Position numbers and translations under genes: made by a program. The notes under the pieces were generated by a model that was not told the DNA's origin, made no database searches, and was given only the letters and a program-made list of their open reading frames with translations. Shown in pieces: positions 39,177 to 50,756 of a stretch of DNA of 64,000 nucleotides (positions within the stretch are counted from its first letter, which is position 1; the number at the start of each line of letters is the position of its first letter). Source of the DNA: an uncultured Solirubrobacterales bacterium (GTDB lineage Bacteria; Actinomycetota; Thermoleophilia; Solirubrobacterales; 70-9); the NCBI GenBank assembly GCA_963828755.1, contig CAWHFY010000017.1, forward strand, positions 27,524 to 91,523, written 5' to 3'.

Positions 39177-41050
39177 TTACTCGACGGTGACCGTCTTCGC
39201 GAGGTTTCGCGGCTGATCGACGTTGAGATCGTTGAGGCGGGCGATGTAGTAGGCGAGGAGCTGCAGCGGGAGAATCGCGAGGATCGGCTGCAGGAGCCAA
39301 TCGGTGCGCGGGACGAGGATCGTCTGGTCGGCCGTCTCGGCGACCCGATCGTTGCCCTCGGTGGCGACGGCGATCACGTCGGCTCCGCGGGCGCGGACCT
39401 CGGCGACGTTCGAGAGCACCTTCTCGAGCACCGGGCTGTCGGTGGCCACCGCGACCACCGGGGTGTCCTCGTCGAGCAGTGCGATCGGGCCATGCTTCAT
39501 CTCGCCGGCGGCGTAGGCGTCGGTCGGGATGTAGGAGATCTCCTTCAGCTTCAGCGCGCCCTCGAGGCAGACCGGGAGGCCGATGTTGCGGCCGAGGTAG
39601 AGGAAGAAGCGCTGGTTGGCGTGGCTGCGGGCGACCGCGCGGACGCGCGAGTCGACCGACACGATCGTGTCCTGGATCAAGTGCGGGAGCGCCTTCAGCT
39701 CGCCGATCAGCTCGGCGCGTCGGTCGGCATCCATCGTCCCGCGCTCCTGGGCGAGCCACAGGCCGAGCAGGTACATCGCCGCCACCTGGCTCACAAAGGT
39801 CTTGGTGGCCGCCACCCCGATCTCGATCCCGGCGCGGGTGTAGAGGACGGTGTCGGCGTCGCGAGTCGCCTGGCTGCCCATCACGTTGGTGACCGCGAGC
39901 ACGCACGCGCCGCGCTCGCGCGCGAGCCGCATCGCCGCCAGCGTGTCGGCGGTCTCGCCCGACTGGGTGATGCCGATCACCAGGTCATCGGAGTTGACCA
40001 CGGGTCGCGGTAGCGGTACTCGGAGGCGACGTCCATCTCCACCGGGACGCGGGCCCACTGCTCGATCGCGTAGCGGCCGACGAGGCCGGCGTGGTACGAG
40101 GTCCCGCAGGCGACGATCACGATCCGGCGCAGGCGCTTCGGCAGATCGTCGGCGAACTCGAGCTCCGAGAGGTCCACCCGGTCGACCTCCGGCAGGCGAT
40201 CGGCGATCGTCTCGGCGACCGCGTCGGGCTGCTCGTGGATCTCCTTCATCATGAAGGTCGGGTAGCCGCCCTTCTCGGCCGCCTCCTCGTCCCAGGTGAC
40301 CACCTCGACGTCACGCTCGACCACGGTCGCATCGGCCTCGGTGATCGAGGCGCCGTCGGGGGTGACGGTGACGATCTCGCCGTTCTTGAGCCCGAGAACG
40401 TGGCGCGTCTCGGCGAGGAAGGCCGGGATCGCCGAGGCGACGAAGGTCTCGCCCTCGCCGAGCCCGACGATCAGCGGGCACTCCTGCCGCGCCGCGACCA
40501 GCGTGTCCGCGTGCTCGGCGTGCATCGCGACGAAGGCGTAGTGGCCGCGCAGGTCGGAGAAGGCGTCGCGGACGGCCGTGGTGAGGTCGCCGTCGTAGTG
40601 CTTCTCGATCAGATGGGCGACGATCTCGGCGTCGGTGTCGGAGCTGAACACGTGGCCCTGGTCGGTGAGCTCCCGACGCAGGTCGGCGTGGTTCTCGACG
40701 ATCCCGTTCAGGACGATGTGGACGCTGTCGGAGCAATCGCCGTGGGGATGCGCGTTCTCCTCGGTGACCCGACCGTGGGTGGCCCAGCGGGTATGGCCGA
40801 GGCCGATCGTCGCCGGCGGCGCGGCGACCGCGACCGCACCGTGGCCCTCGGTCACCGGGTGGTCGGCGTCGAGGCCGACCGCCGCGCGCAGATTGGCGAG
40901 GTTCCCGACCGCGCGCACCGTGTCGATCTCGCCGTCGGCGAGCAGCGAGATGCCCGCCGAGTCGTAACCGCGGTACTCGAGCTTCTCGAGCCCCGCGATC
41001 AGCAGATCACGGCACGGACGCTGGCCAACATATCCGACGATTCCGCACAT
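39177..41050 (-). pseudogene. glmS: glutamine--fructose-6-phosphate aminotransferase, 1-nt deletion near 40002
   Basis: MCGIVGYVG (Ntn Cys), ..ASEYRYRDP then a frame change to VVNSDDLVIGITQSGETADT (SIS). Ends ..NLAKTVTVE. Confidence 0.92.
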
Positions 41051-41088
41051 GGGAGGCCGTCCAGGGTAGCGCCGGGCAGGCGCCCGAT

Positions 41089-42417
41089 CTAGGCCAGCTC
41101 GGCCTGGACGATCTCGACCAGGCGGGCGCAGACGGCCTCGGCCTCGGCCTGCTCGGGCGCCTCGACCATCACCCTGACCAGGGGCTCGGTGCCCGAGGGG
41201 CGGACCAGGACCCGCCCGCGGCCCTCGAGCGCCCCGCTCTCGCGCTCGACCGCGTCCCATAGCTCTGCGGCGCCGTCGATCGCCTCCCGGTCGGCGACCG
41301 CGACGTTCTCGAGCACCTGCGGCAGCCGGGTTATCGGCCGTGCCTGCGCCAGCTCGCGGCCGTCGAGCGCGGCGAGCGTGAGCAACGCGGCGCCGATCCC
41401 GTCACCGGTCGGCGCGTAGTCGGACCAGATCAGGTGGCCGGACTGCTCGCCGCCCAGCGTCCAGTCGCGGCGGTCGAGCTCGGTCGAGACACTGCGGTCG
41501 CCGACCGCGGTCGTCGCGACCTCGATCCCGGCCTCCTGCATCGCGTTGTGAAAGCCGTAGTTGCTCATCACGGTGACCGCGACCCCACCGCCGAGCCGTC
41601 CGGTGCGCTGCAGGTGCAGCGCGGCGATCGCGATCAGCTCGTCGCCGTCGCGGACCGCGCCGGTCGAGTCGACGGCGAGCACCCGGTCGCCGTCGCCGTC
41701 GAAGGCGAAGCCGAGCGTCGCGCCGCTCGCGCGACCCGCTCGGCGAGCGCCTCGGGGTGGGTCGAGCCGCAGCCCTCGTTGATGTTGCGCCCGTCCGGGT
41801 CGGTGGCGATCGCCTCGACCTCGGCGCCGAGCCGGCGGAAGATCTCCGGCCCCGCGAGGTGGGTGGAGCCGTTGGCGCAGTCGATCACCAGCTTGAGGCC
41901 CGAGAGCTCGAGCGGGAACGCGCGCTCGAGCTCGCGCAGGTAGTCGTCGAGGCCGCCCTCGAGCGGGCGCACCCGGCCGATCGACGCGCTGCGCGGTGCG
42001 TCGACCGGCGCCGCGTCGCTCACCGAGCGCTCGATCCTGGCCTCGGTGTCGTCGCCGAGCTTGCGTCCGTCGGCGTCGAAGAACTTGATCCCGTTGTCGC
42101 GCCACGGGTTGTGCGAAGCGGAGATGACGACAGCGAGATCGAGCCCGAGCCGGCGGACCATGATCGACGCCGCCGGCGTCGGGAGCACCCCCGCCACGAA
42201 CGCGTCCCCGCCTTCCCCCGCGACCCCGGCGGCGAGCGCGGCCTCGAGCATCGGCCCCGACTCGCGCGTGTCGCGGACGATCAGCACCTGCGGTCGGTCG
42301 GCCGCGCGACTCGAACGTCGCCGCCCGTCCCAACGCGACGGCCAACTCAGCCGAGAGCAGCTCCCCGGCGACCCCGCGAACGCCATCGGTTCCAAAGAGT
42401 TTTCTCGGCTGAGGCAT
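41089..42417 (-). pseudogene. glmM: phosphoglucosamine mutase with an insertion (~42301) and a deletion (~41733) that put ~190 codons out of frame
   Basis: Frame A gives MPQPRKLFGTDGVRG.. and ..GFAFDGDGDRVLAVD..VRPSGTEPLVRV. The middle lies in frame B (..RPQVLIVRDTRESG..ISASHNPWRDNGIKFF..GSTHPEALAERV). Confidence 0.9.
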
Positions 42418-42555
42418 GTTCTGGCAGTAAGCGGTGGAGGCTGCGAAAGCCGAGCAGGTCAACGACACAGGTTGGACGCCGACGCGAGCGTAGCGGCGCT
42501 ACGTGAGCGAGGCGTCCAAGCGAGGACGCCGAGATTCCGAAGGTTTGCAGCAGCC

Positions 42556-43448
42556 TCAGCGCTTCGAGAACTGCGGACGCTTGCGGGCTTTCTTCAACCC
42601 AGCCTTGCGGCGTTCCTTCTTGCGCGCGTCCCGGGTCAGGAGGCCGCGGCGCTTCAGCTCGGGGCGCAGCTCCGGGTCGATGTCGGTCAGCGCCCGGGCG
42701 ATCCCGTGGCGAACCGCGCCGGCCTGGCCGGCGATCCCGCCGCCGTGGACGCGGGCGACGACATCCACGGAGGACTCATAGCCGGCCGTCAGCAGCGGCT
42801 GGCGAGCCATCGTGCGGAGCGTCTGGCGCGGGAAGTAGTCGTCGAGCGGCTTGCCGTTGACCTCGCACGTGCCGCTGCCGGGGCGCAGGATCACACGCGC
42901 GATCGAGCTCTTGCGCTTGCCGGTGGCCTGGATCAGGGCGTCGGGCTTGAGCTCGACCTGCGGGCCACGGCGGGCGAGCGGCTCGTCGCCGGCCTCGGCC
43001 TCGGCCTCACGGCGGACGCGCTCCTCCTCCTCGGCCTCGAGTCGAGCGCGCTCCTCGGCGGAGAGCTCGCGCTCGGGCTCGAGCGCGATCGGCTCGAGAT
43101 CAGCGCCGGGCGCCTGCTCGGGCCTCTTCTCCGTGGCAGCGGGAGCGGCGGCGGGCTCGGGCGTCGGAGCCGCGGGCGGCGGCTCGGAGACGGGCTCCGG
43201 CGCGCTCGGTTCCTCGACGGGCTCGGCGGGCTCTGGCGCCTCGGCCGCGGACTCGGCGGGCGCCTCAGGCTGCTCGGCCGGCGCCTCGGCCTCGGGCGCG
43301 GCGGCGCCGGAGTCTCGGGCTCGGCGCCGGCGCCTCGGGCTCGGCGGCGGGCGTCTCGGGCTCGGCGGCCTCGGCGGCGGCGCTCGGGCGCCTCCGGCTC
43401 GGCGGCGTCGGTCGCCTCGTCGGGGTTCTGCTCAGGCTCTTCGGCCAT
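42556..43448 (-). pseudogene. rpsI: 30S ribosomal protein S9 with a ~170-aa acidic Ala/Pro/Glu-rich N-terminal extension; at least two frame breaks in the extension (~43382, ~43315)
   Basis: Core [19 protein letters not shown]...[22 protein letters not shown]. My translation upstream in the same frame gives ..[42 protein letters not shown]... The ATG at 43448 ([22 protein letters not shown]) is in another frame. Confidence 0.85.
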
Positions 43449-43882
43449 CAAGTCTCAATCTCCATCGGCTTCGGCTGCTGGGCAGCATGGGGGTGATCGG
43501 GGCCCGCGTAGACCTTGAGCTTGCGCAGTTGCTGGCGGGCGAGGCGGTTGCGGGGCAGCATCCCGTGGACCGCCTTGCGGATCACTTCCTCGGGTCGGCG
43601 CTCGAGCATCTCGTTCAGCGTCCTCGAGCGGATGCCACCGGGGTAGCCGCTGTGGCGCCAGTAGAGCTTGTCGGTGCGCTTCTTGCCGGTGACCGCGACC
43701 TTCTCCGCGTTGATGACGACGACGAAGTCGCCGGTGTCGCAGTGAGGGGTGTATTCGGGCTTGCGCTTGCCGCGGAGGGCGTCGGCGATCTGGGTCGCGA
43801 GCCGGCCCAGGGTCTTGCCCTCGGCGTCGACGACGTACCAGTCTCGCTGGCGGTCCGTGGGCTTGGCAACGTAGGTCTTCAT
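43448..43882 (-). CDS. rplM: 50S ribosomal protein L13
   Basis: [39 protein letters not shown].. Stop overlaps the rpsI ATG (TGATG). Confidence 0.97.
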   Translation of the reverse strand: MKTYVAKPTDRQRDWYVVDAEGKTLGRLATQIADALRGKRKPEYTPHCDTGDFVVVINAEKVAVTGKKRTDKLYWRHSGYPGGIRSRTLNEMLERRPEEVIRKAVHGMLPRNRLARQQLRKLKVYAGPDHPHAAQQPKPMEIET

Positions 43883-43959
43883 CGTGCGAAAAGCCGCCCC
43901 GACGCGACTCGCTTCGGGCGCGGCCGGATGATGTTAGCCGCTCCGAGCGAGGCTATAGT

Positions 43960-44120
43960 GTCCGCCGCAGAACCGCCGAATCCCGCGCGTCACGACGCCC
44001 GGGAGCGGGGGAACCGTTGGCGCGGTGTCGAATCACCGTCCCAGGGGCGAATCGGGCCCGTTCGAGCCCGTAGCGCCGCTCTTTCGGCGCGAGCCCGTCA
44101 GCTAACCCCGCAGGCTCGAG
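43960..44120 (+). promoter_or_regulatory. ydaO/yuaA-type cyclic-di-AMP riboswitch
   Basis: GCCGAAUCC...GCGGGGGAACC...GGGGCGAAUC...GAGCCCGUCAGCUAACCCCGCAGGC. These match the conserved blocks of the B. subtilis ydaO element as I remember it (CGCUUAAUC, GCGGGGGACCC, GGGGUGAAUC, CCCGUCAGCUAACCUCGUAAGCG). Followed by RBS GAAGGAGA and the ATG at 44140. Confidence 0.8.
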
Positions 44121-44139
44121 AAGGAGAATCGCAGCAGTC

Positions 44140-45300
44140 ATGCAGCTCGGGGCGCCCGCGCAGGTGCGCAGTCGGCGGAGATCGGCACCGGTCGCGGTCG
44201 CGATCGCCTCGCTGACCGTCGGCGCCGCGGCTGCGGCCGCCTCAGGCGGCGGCGGGGTCGGCACTCCGGATCCGCCCGTGCTGACCGGCGTCCTGTGCCT
44301 CGAGCGCTGCGCCGACGTGCGCGAGGCCACCGTCGGCTCCCGCGTCCAGCTCAGCGGCCGCGGGCTCGACGGGGTCGACGAGGTTCGCTTCGCCGCCGAC
44401 GGCGGCGGCCGAGTCGCGGCGGCGCCGAGTTCGGTGTCGGGGGCCACGGTCGAAGTCAAGGTCCCGGCCAAGGCGGCATCGGGGACGGTGCGCGCGAGGG
44501 CTTACGGGACCGAGGCCGAGACGCCGAGCGACCAGCCACTGAAGATCGTCGATCCGGGCCAGATCCCGACCGGCGGCCAGTTCAAGCTCACCGCCGCCGA
44601 GGCGACCCCGCATCAGACCTTCTACGACGGGCTGCGGGCGCCGCGGGTGTCCTACATCTTCCAGGGCCCCGACGCCACCGACGTCCGGGTCGCGATCGTG
44701 AACCGCGAGACCAAGGAGGTCGTCGACACCTTCATCCAGGACGACGCCAAGCCCGGAACCCGCAACGTCGCCAAGTGGGACGGGCGGACGACCGACGGCG
44801 CACCGGCGCCGGGTGGCGACTACAAGTTCGAGCTCGGCAGCGCGGCGGGCGGCGCGACCCTGGCCACCGAGGACTCGGACTTCGGCTACCACCTCTACCG
44901 CTTCCCGCTCGACTCGCGCCACACCTACGGCGACGGCTACGGCGCGGGCCGCGGGCACCAGGGCCAGGACGTCTTCGCGAAGTGCGGCACGCCGATCCAC
45001 GCCGCCCGCGGCGGTCGCGTGCAGACGGTCGACGTGCAGTCCGCAGCGGGCAACTACGTCGTCCTCGACGGCAAGGGCACGAAGTTCGACACCTTCTACG
45101 CCCACCTGATCCGCCGCTCGCCCCTGCGGGAGGGCGCCCGGGTGCGCACGGGCCAGGTGATCGGCAACGTCGGTCAGACGGGCAACGCGTCCGGCTGCCA
45201 CCTGCACTTCGAGATCTGGAGCGGGCCCGGCTGGTACGAGGGCGGTCACCCGCTGCCGAGCGTCGGCGACCTGCTGCACAACTGGGACAGCTGGAGCTGA
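44140..45300 (+). CDS. secreted M23-family metallopeptidase with IPT/TIG-like and FlgD-Ig-like N-terminal domains
   Basis: HQGQDVFAKCGTP..., GNASGCHLHFEIW. N-terminal ..KWDGRTTDGAPAPGGDYKFEL. Confidence 0.85.
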   Translation: MQLGAPAQVRSRRRSAPVAVAIASLTVGAAAAAASGGGGVGTPDPPVLTGVLCLERCADVREATVGSRVQLSGRGLDGVDEVRFAADGGGRVAAAPSSVSGATVEVKVPAKAASGTVRARAYGTEAETPSDQPLKIVDPGQIPTGGQFKLTAAEATPHQTFYDGLRAPRVSYIFQGPDATDVRVAIVNRETKEVVDTFIQDDAKPGTRNVAKWDGRTTDGAPAPGGDYKFELGSAAGGATLATEDSDFGYHLYRFPLDSRHTYGDGYGAGRGHQGQDVFAKCGTPIHAARGGRVQTVDVQSAAGNYVVLDGKGTKFDTFYAHLIRRSPLREGARVRTGQVIGNVGQTGNASGCHLHFEIWSGPGWYEGGHPLPSVGDLLHNWDSWS

Positions 45301-45305
45301 GCGCC

Positions 45306-46116
45306 GTGCGCCCGGTCGCGGTCGCGATCCTCGCGGCGCTCGTCGCCGCCTGCGCCCCGGCCGCCGCGGCCGCGAAGCCGGCGGGAGCCGGGTTCGAGCT
45401 CGGCAAGGCGCGAGTGAAGCCGGCGACCGTCTACTTCGACGGCGAGCGCGAGGCGCAGGTCCGCTTCACGTTCAAGGCCCGCCGGCGGCTCGACGTCGTC
45501 GTCAGGGTCGTCCACGCCGACACCGGGCGCGGTGTGCGCCGTTACGTCGAGCACAAGCTCGCCCCCGGGAAGTTCCACCAGCTCACGCTGGGACGGGCGG
45601 CGCGCCAACCGCGGCGTCCCGGGCGACGGCGCCTACGAGGTCAGGATCGGCCCGGTCGGCCACGACGGCGCCACCGTCGGGCGGTTCGAGTTTCACGACC
45701 ACGTCTTCCCGGTGGCCGGGTCGCACACGTACGGCGACCAGTTCGGGGACCCGCGCAGCGGCGGGCGCGTGCACGAGGGCCAGGACCTACCCGCGGCCTG
45801 CGGGACGCCGCTGATCGCCGCCCGCGGCGGCCGCGTCGCGGCGACCGGCTACAGCGACGCGCTCTACGGGTACTACGTGCTGATCGACGGCACCGCGACA
45901 GACCGCGACTACTTCTACGCCCACCTGCAGGCGCCGACCCCGCTGCACGAGGGCGACCGAGTCCGGACCGGCGAACGGGTCGGCGAGGTCGGCAAGACCG
46001 GCAACGCGCGCAACGAGTTCTGCCAGCTTCACTTCGAGCTCTGGCCTCACGGCTATCACGACGGCGGTCCCGAGGACCCGGCTCCCGCGCTGCGGCGCTG
46101 GGATGCCTTCTCTTGA
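45306..46116 (+). pseudogene. second M23-family metallopeptidase, 1-nt insertion near 45588
   Basis: GTG start, signal peptide. ..KFHQLT, then in the next frame WDGRRANRGVPGDGAYEVRIGP..HEGQDL..FCQLHFELW. Confidence 0.8.
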
Positions 46117-46131
46117 GCGCAAGCGGGTAGC

Positions 46132-47530
46132 TTGGCCGCGATGAGCTCGCCGCAGCAGACACAACCGCCCGCCGAGGAGGCCGTCGCCGAGACGCGCCAG
46201 TACGGGCGCTCGGCCGGCCTGCTGACGATCGCCCTCGGCACCGCCGGGCTGCTCGCGTACGCCTTCTTCGCGGTCTCGTCGCACACGCTCGACAGCGCCG
46301 ACTACGGGACGATCGTCGTCCTCTGGTCGGTCAACTTCATCGCCGCCGCGACCCTGTTCCGGCCGATCGAGCAGCTGCTTTCCCGCAACCTCGCCGAGCA
46401 CGAGGAGATGGGCGAGGGCTCCGGCCACGTGCTGCGGATCGCCGCGCTGATCCAGGGTGGGGTGACCGCGGTCGCGGTGATCGTGATGCTGGCTCTGCGC
46501 ACCCCGATCACCGACGAGCTGCTCGACGGCTCCAACGTCCTCTACTGGGTCCTGGTGGTCGGGATCGCCGGCTTCGGCGCCGCCTACTACGCGCGCGGCT
46601 TCCTCGCCGGGCGCCGCCAGTTCGGCCTCTACGCGACCCTGCTCGTGCTCGAGGGCGGCTCGCGGCTGATGTTCCCGGTCGCGGTCGCGGTCGGGCATCG
46701 CGGAGGGGGTCGACGCGGTCGCGCTCGGCGTCGCGGTCGCCCCGCTCGCCAGTCTCACGGTGCTGCCGTTCGCCTTCGCGCGCCATCGCCAGGGCACGGT
46801 CACCGTCGCGCCGGGTGACTCCGGGCTCGAGTTCACGCTCGCCCGCGGCGGCGCCTTCGCAGCCGCGGTGTTGCTGATGATGCTCTCCGAGCAGGTCCTG
46901 GTCAGCTCCGGAGCGCTGTTCGTGCGCGGCGCGCTCGACGCCGACGCCGCGGGCCGGATCTTCAACATCCTGATGGTCGCGCGGGCGCCCTTGCTTCTGT
47001 TCCAGGCGGTCGCCGCCAGCCTCCTCCCCCACCTCACCCGGCTGCGCACGCGCGGTGACTCGACCGGCGAGAACGCCTTCCGCATGTCGATCAACAACAC
47101 CCTGCTGATCATCGCCGGGTTCGCGGCCGCCGTCACCGTCGGGGTGCTCGCGATCGGACCCGAGGTGATGCAGATCGCCTTCGGCGACGACCACACCTAC
47201 GACCGCGAGGGCCTCGCGATCGTCGCGATCGGGATGGGCTTCTACCTCTCCGCGGTGACGCTGAACCAGGCCGCGCTCGCCCAGGGCCAGGCGCGCCGGG
47301 CGGCGCTCTGCTGGGTCGCCTGCGCGGCCGCATTCATCGTCTTCAACCTGGTCCAGCCGCTCGACCCGTACCGGACGGTCGAGGTCGGGTTCATGGCCTG
47401 CGCGGCAGTGCTGTCCGGGCTGCTCTACCTGCTGTACCGACGCCCGCACCCGATCGCCGCGGACGCGCTCGCCCCCGGCTCGGCGCGCGAGCTCGAGGCC
47501 CAGCTCGCAGCGGTCGACGAGATCGGCTAG
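46132..47530 (+). pseudogene. polysaccharide/oligosaccharide flippase-like (Wzx/MOP superfamily) membrane protein, 1-nt insertion near 46696
   Basis: Polytopic. ..LMFPVAVAVG, then in the next frame IAEGVDAVALGVAVAPLASLTVLPFAF.. joins ORFs 46132..46818 and 46760..47530. Confidence 0.55.
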
Positions 47531-47662
47531 GCGGAGACCCCGATCAGCTCGGCGGCGACCCGCTCGCCGAGCGCGACCGCAGGCTCGTCATCGCCACCGC
47601 CCCGCCCGCCGAATTTCACCTGAACCACCTCATGGGTGGTTGAGATGAAACTCGCCGAGGGG

Positions 47663-49348
47663 CTACTCCCACTCGATCGTGGCGGGGGGCTTCGAGCTGA
47701 TGTCGAGCGCGACGCGGTTGACGCCGGCGACCTCGTTGATGATCCGGTTCGAGACCCGCTCGAGCAGGTCATAGGGCAGCCGCGCCCAGTCGGCGGTCAT
47801 CGCGTCCTGCGAGGTGACCGCGCGGATCACGATCGGGTAGGCGTAGGTGCGCCCGTCGCCCTGGACGCCGACCGAGCGAACGACCGGGAGCACGCAGAAG
47901 GATTGCCAGAGGTCGCGATAGAGGCCAGCGGCCTTGATCTCCTCCTGGAGGACCGCGTCCGCGTCGCGGAGGATGTCGAGCCGCTCGCGATTGACCTCGC
48001 CACCGACGATCCGGATCGCGAGCCCGGGGCCCGGGAACGGCTGGCGCCACACGACGCGCTCGGAGAGGCCGAGCTCGGCCGCGACGGCGCGGACCTCGTC
48101 CTTGAACAGCATCCGCAGCGGCTCGACCAGGTCGAAGCCCAGGTCCTCGGGCAAGCCGCCGACGTTGTGGTGGGACTTGATCGTGTCCGCCGTACGGCCG
48201 TCGCCACCGGACTCGATCACGTCCGAATACAGCGTCCCCTGGACCAGGTAGCCAACGCCCTCGAGCTTCGCCGCCTCGTCCTCGAACACCCGGATGAACT
48301 CCTCGCCGATGATCTTGCGCTTGCGCTCCGGGTCGTCGACCCCGGCGAGCTTGTCGAGGAAGCGCTGCTCGACGTCGGCGCGGATCAGCTTCACGCCCAG
48401 CTCCTCCATCGCCGCGACCACCTGGTCGGCCTCGTTGAGGCGCATCAGGCCGTGGTCGACCAGCACGCAGGTGAGCTGGTCGCCGACCGCTCGGTGCACG
48501 AGCGCCGCGGCGGTGGCGGAATCGACCCCGCCCGAGAGCCCACAGAGCACGCCCGCGTCGCCGACCTGGGCGCGGATCTTCTCGACCTGCTCGTCGATCA
48601 CCGAGGCCGGGGACCAGTCCGCATCGCACCCGGCGATCTCGGTGAGGAAGCGATCGAGGATCTGCTGGCCGTACGGCGTGTGCACGACCTCGGGGTGGAA
48701 CTGGATCCCGTAGAGGCCGCGCTCGTTGTCCTCGAGCGCAGCGACCGGCGAGCCGGGGCTTGAGCCGAGCGCCGTGAACCCGGGCGGCGGCTCGAAGACC
48801 GCGTCACGATGGCTCATCCAGCACTGCTGCTCAGGCGGCAGGCCGGCGAGCAGCCGGCCGCCGTCGCCGACCAGCTCGAGCGCCGTGCGCCCGAACTCGC
48901 CCGCGTCGGCGCCCTCGACCTTGCCGCCGAGCTCGAGCACCATCGCCTGCATCCCGTAACAGATGCCGAGCACCGGGATCCCGAGCTCGAGCAGCTCGGT
49001 TCGGAGCCGCGGGGCGCCGGGCGAGTAGACCGACGCCGGGCCGCCGGAGAGGACCAGAGCCGCGGGGGCGCGCTCGCGGATTCGCTCGATGTCGAGGTCG
49101 TGGGGAAGCAGCTCGGCGTACACGCCGCACTCGCGGATCCGGCGCGCGATCAGCTGCGAGTACTGGCCGCCGAAGTCGAGCACGAGGACCTCCTCGTGCG
49201 CGGTCGCGGGCGGCGCGACCTCGATCGCCGCATCGACGCCGGGCTCTGCGGGCAGCGCCGGATCGCCGACTGCGATCGGCCCGCGCGACCCGTCCGGCGG
49301 GCGCACCTCGTCCCTCGGCTCGGCCTCGGGAACGAGGCGATCAGCCAT
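47663..49348 (-). CDS. guaA: GMP synthase (glutamine-hydrolysing)
   Basis: GICYGMQ (GATase Cys), LSGGVDS PP-loop. Ends ..[11 protein letters not shown]. Start MADRLV.. at 49348 overlaps the upstream stop. Confidence 0.95.
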   Translation of the reverse strand: MADRLVPEAEPRDEVRPPDGSRGPIAVGDPALPAEPGVDAAIEVAPPATAHEEVLVLDFGGQYSQLIARRIRECGVYAELLPHDLDIERIRERAPAALVLSGGPASVYSPGAPRLRTELLELGIPVLGICYGMQAMVLELGGKVEGADAGEFGRTALELVGDGGRLLAGLPPEQQCWMSHRDAVFEPPPGFTALGSSPGSPVAALEDNERGLYGIQFHPEVVHTPYGQQILDRFLTEIAGCDADWSPASVIDEQVEKIRAQVGDAGVLCGLSGGVDSATAAALVHRAVGDQLTCVLVDHGLMRLNEADQVVAAMEELGVKLIRADVEQRFLDKLAGVDDPERKRKIIGEEFIRVFEDEAAKLEGVGYLVQGTLYSDVIESGGDGRTADTIKSHHNVGGLPEDLGFDLVEPLRMLFKDEVRAVAAELGLSERVVWRQPFPGPGLAIRIVGGEVNRERLDILRDADAVLQEEIKAAGLYRDLWQSFCVLPVVRSVGVQGDGRTYAYPIVIRAVTSQDAMTADWARLPYDLLERVSNRIINEVAGVNRVALDISSKPPATIEWE

Positions 49349-50594
49349 CGCCCGCGGTGGCCTCCTCCGGCTCCGGGGTCGGCGTCCCGGTGCCGTTGCC
49401 GTTCGCGATCCCGTTCGAGGCGCGCTCGCGGCCGCTGGCGCCCATCCCCACCTGCTGCGAGCGCTGCAGCTGCTTGCCCTCGGTCTGGAGCGCCGGGGCG
49501 ACCATGACCTCGGCGCGCTGAAAGTCGCGGATGTCCTCGTAGCCGCAGGTGGCCATCGAGGTCCGAAGGGCACCGATCAGGTTGAAGGTGCCGTCGTTCT
49601 CGTGGGCGGGGCCGTTGAGGATCTCCTCCATCGTCCCGTCCTGCTGGGTCTTGACCCGGGTGCCCCGCGGCAGCGAGGGATGGAACGTCGCCATCCCCCA
49701 GTGGTAGCCGCGGCCCGGCGCCTGCTTGGCGCGCGCGAGCGGCGAGCCGACCATCACCGCGTCGGCGCCGACCGCGATGGCCTTGGAGATATCACCGCCC
49801 GTGCGCATGCCGCCGTCGGCGATCACGTTGCAGTACTCGCCGGTCTCGAGCATGTGCTGTGAACGGGCGGCGGCGACGTCCGCGATCGCGGTCGCCTGCG
49901 GGACGCCGAGGCCGAGCACGCCGCGGGTGGTGCAGGCGGCGCCCGGCCCGACGCCGACCAGCACGCCAACCGCGCCGGTGCGCATCAGGTGCAGCCCGGT
50001 CGAGTACGAGGCGCAGCCGCCCATCACGCACGGGATCGGGATCTCGTGCGTGAACTCCTTCAGGTTCAGCGGCTCGGTCTTGGTCGAGACGTGCTCGGCC
50101 GAGATCACGGTGCCCTGGATCACGAGGATGTCGAGCCCGGCCTCGATCGCGACCTCGTAGAACTCGGTTACCCGCTGCGGGGTCAGCGAGCCGGCCGCGA
50201 CCGCGCCGGCCGCCTTGATCTCCTCGACCCGCTGCGCGATCAGCTCCGGCTTCACCGGCTCCTCGTAGATGCGCTGCATCAGATGGGTCGCGTGCTCGGG
50301 CGGCGCCGCAGCGATCTCCTTCAGCTTCTCGTCGGCGTCCTCGTAGCGGCTCCAGATGCCCTCGAGGTTGAGCACCCCGAGGCCGCCCAGGGCGCCGAGC
50401 TCGGCCGCGGTCTGCGGGCTGACCACCCCGTCCATCGCCGAGGCGAGCAACGGCAGCTCGAATCGGTACGGGCCGAGGTTCCAGGAGATGTCGACGTCGT
50501 CGGGGTCACGGGTACGCCGTGACGGCACGATCGCGATGTCGTCGAACCCGTAGGCCCGCCTGCCCTTCTTGCCGCGTCCGATCTCTACTTCCAT
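49341..50594 (-). CDS. GuaB3-type IMP dehydrogenase-related protein (no CBS insert)
   Basis: [17 protein letters not shown].., ..[27 protein letters not shown]... Confidence 0.85.
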   Translation of the reverse strand: MEVEIGRGKKGRRAYGFDDIAIVPSRRTRDPDDVDISWNLGPYRFELPLLASAMDGVVSPQTAAELGALGGLGVLNLEGIWSRYEDADEKLKEIAAAPPEHATHLMQRIYEEPVKPELIAQRVEEIKAAGAVAAGSLTPQRVTEFYEVAIEAGLDILVIQGTVISAEHVSTKTEPLNLKEFTHEIPIPCVMGGCASYSTGLHLMRTGAVGVLVGVGPGAACTTRGVLGLGVPQATAIADVAAARSQHMLETGEYCNVIADGGMRTGGDISKAIAVGADAVMVGSPLARAKQAPGRGYHWGMATFHPSLPRGTRVKTQQDGTMEEILNGPAHENDGTFNLIGALRTSMATCGYEDIRDFQRAEVMVAPALQTEGKQLQRSQQVGMGASGRERASNGIANGNGTGTPTPEPEEATAGDG

Positions 50595-50625
50595 CTGGCT
50601 CCAAACCTAGGGGTGTTCGCGGACG

Positions 50626-50647
50626 AAAAAAGCCCCTCGAAAGGGGC
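50626..50647 (-). terminator. intrinsic terminator on the minus strand (stem-loop plus U-tract)
   Basis: The minus strand reads GCCCCUuucgAGGGGC followed by UUUUUU. Lies downstream of the pfkB-family gene and upstream of the guaB3 start. Confidence 0.8.
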
Positions 50648-50756
50648 CTGGAAAGCCGCTGTTTGCGGCCGAACGGCCCCCGTATCAACGCTCATCGCGA
50701 GGCCTTGGCGATGATAACAGCGGTCAACCCGCGCTTCGCGTGGGTCACACGGCGCG

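Noticed and set aside
41051-41088. Looked for a glmS ribozyme upstream of glmS.
   Set aside because: Only 38 nt separate glmS from the glmM stop, which leaves no room for the ribozyme. The genes appear co-transcribed.
42960-43400. Periodic ctcggc/ggcgcc-rich DNA that looks like a repeat array or a possible CRISPR.
   Set aside because: There is no constant repeat/spacer architecture. It is the coding sequence of the low-complexity AEPEAP-type N-terminal extension of rpsI.
43883-43960. An imperfect hairpin followed by UUUU on the minus strand immediately upstream of rplM, considered as a possible ribosomal-protein leader or attenuator.
   Set aside because: The stem has mismatches, and I cannot match it to a known L13 leader from memory. 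It overlaps the divergent promoter region and is left unannotated.
47623-47641. A 7-bp hairpin (aaccacc-tcatg-ggtggtt) just downstream of guaA.
   Set aside because: The stem is short and no U-tract follows on either strand, so the evidence is too weak for a terminator call.
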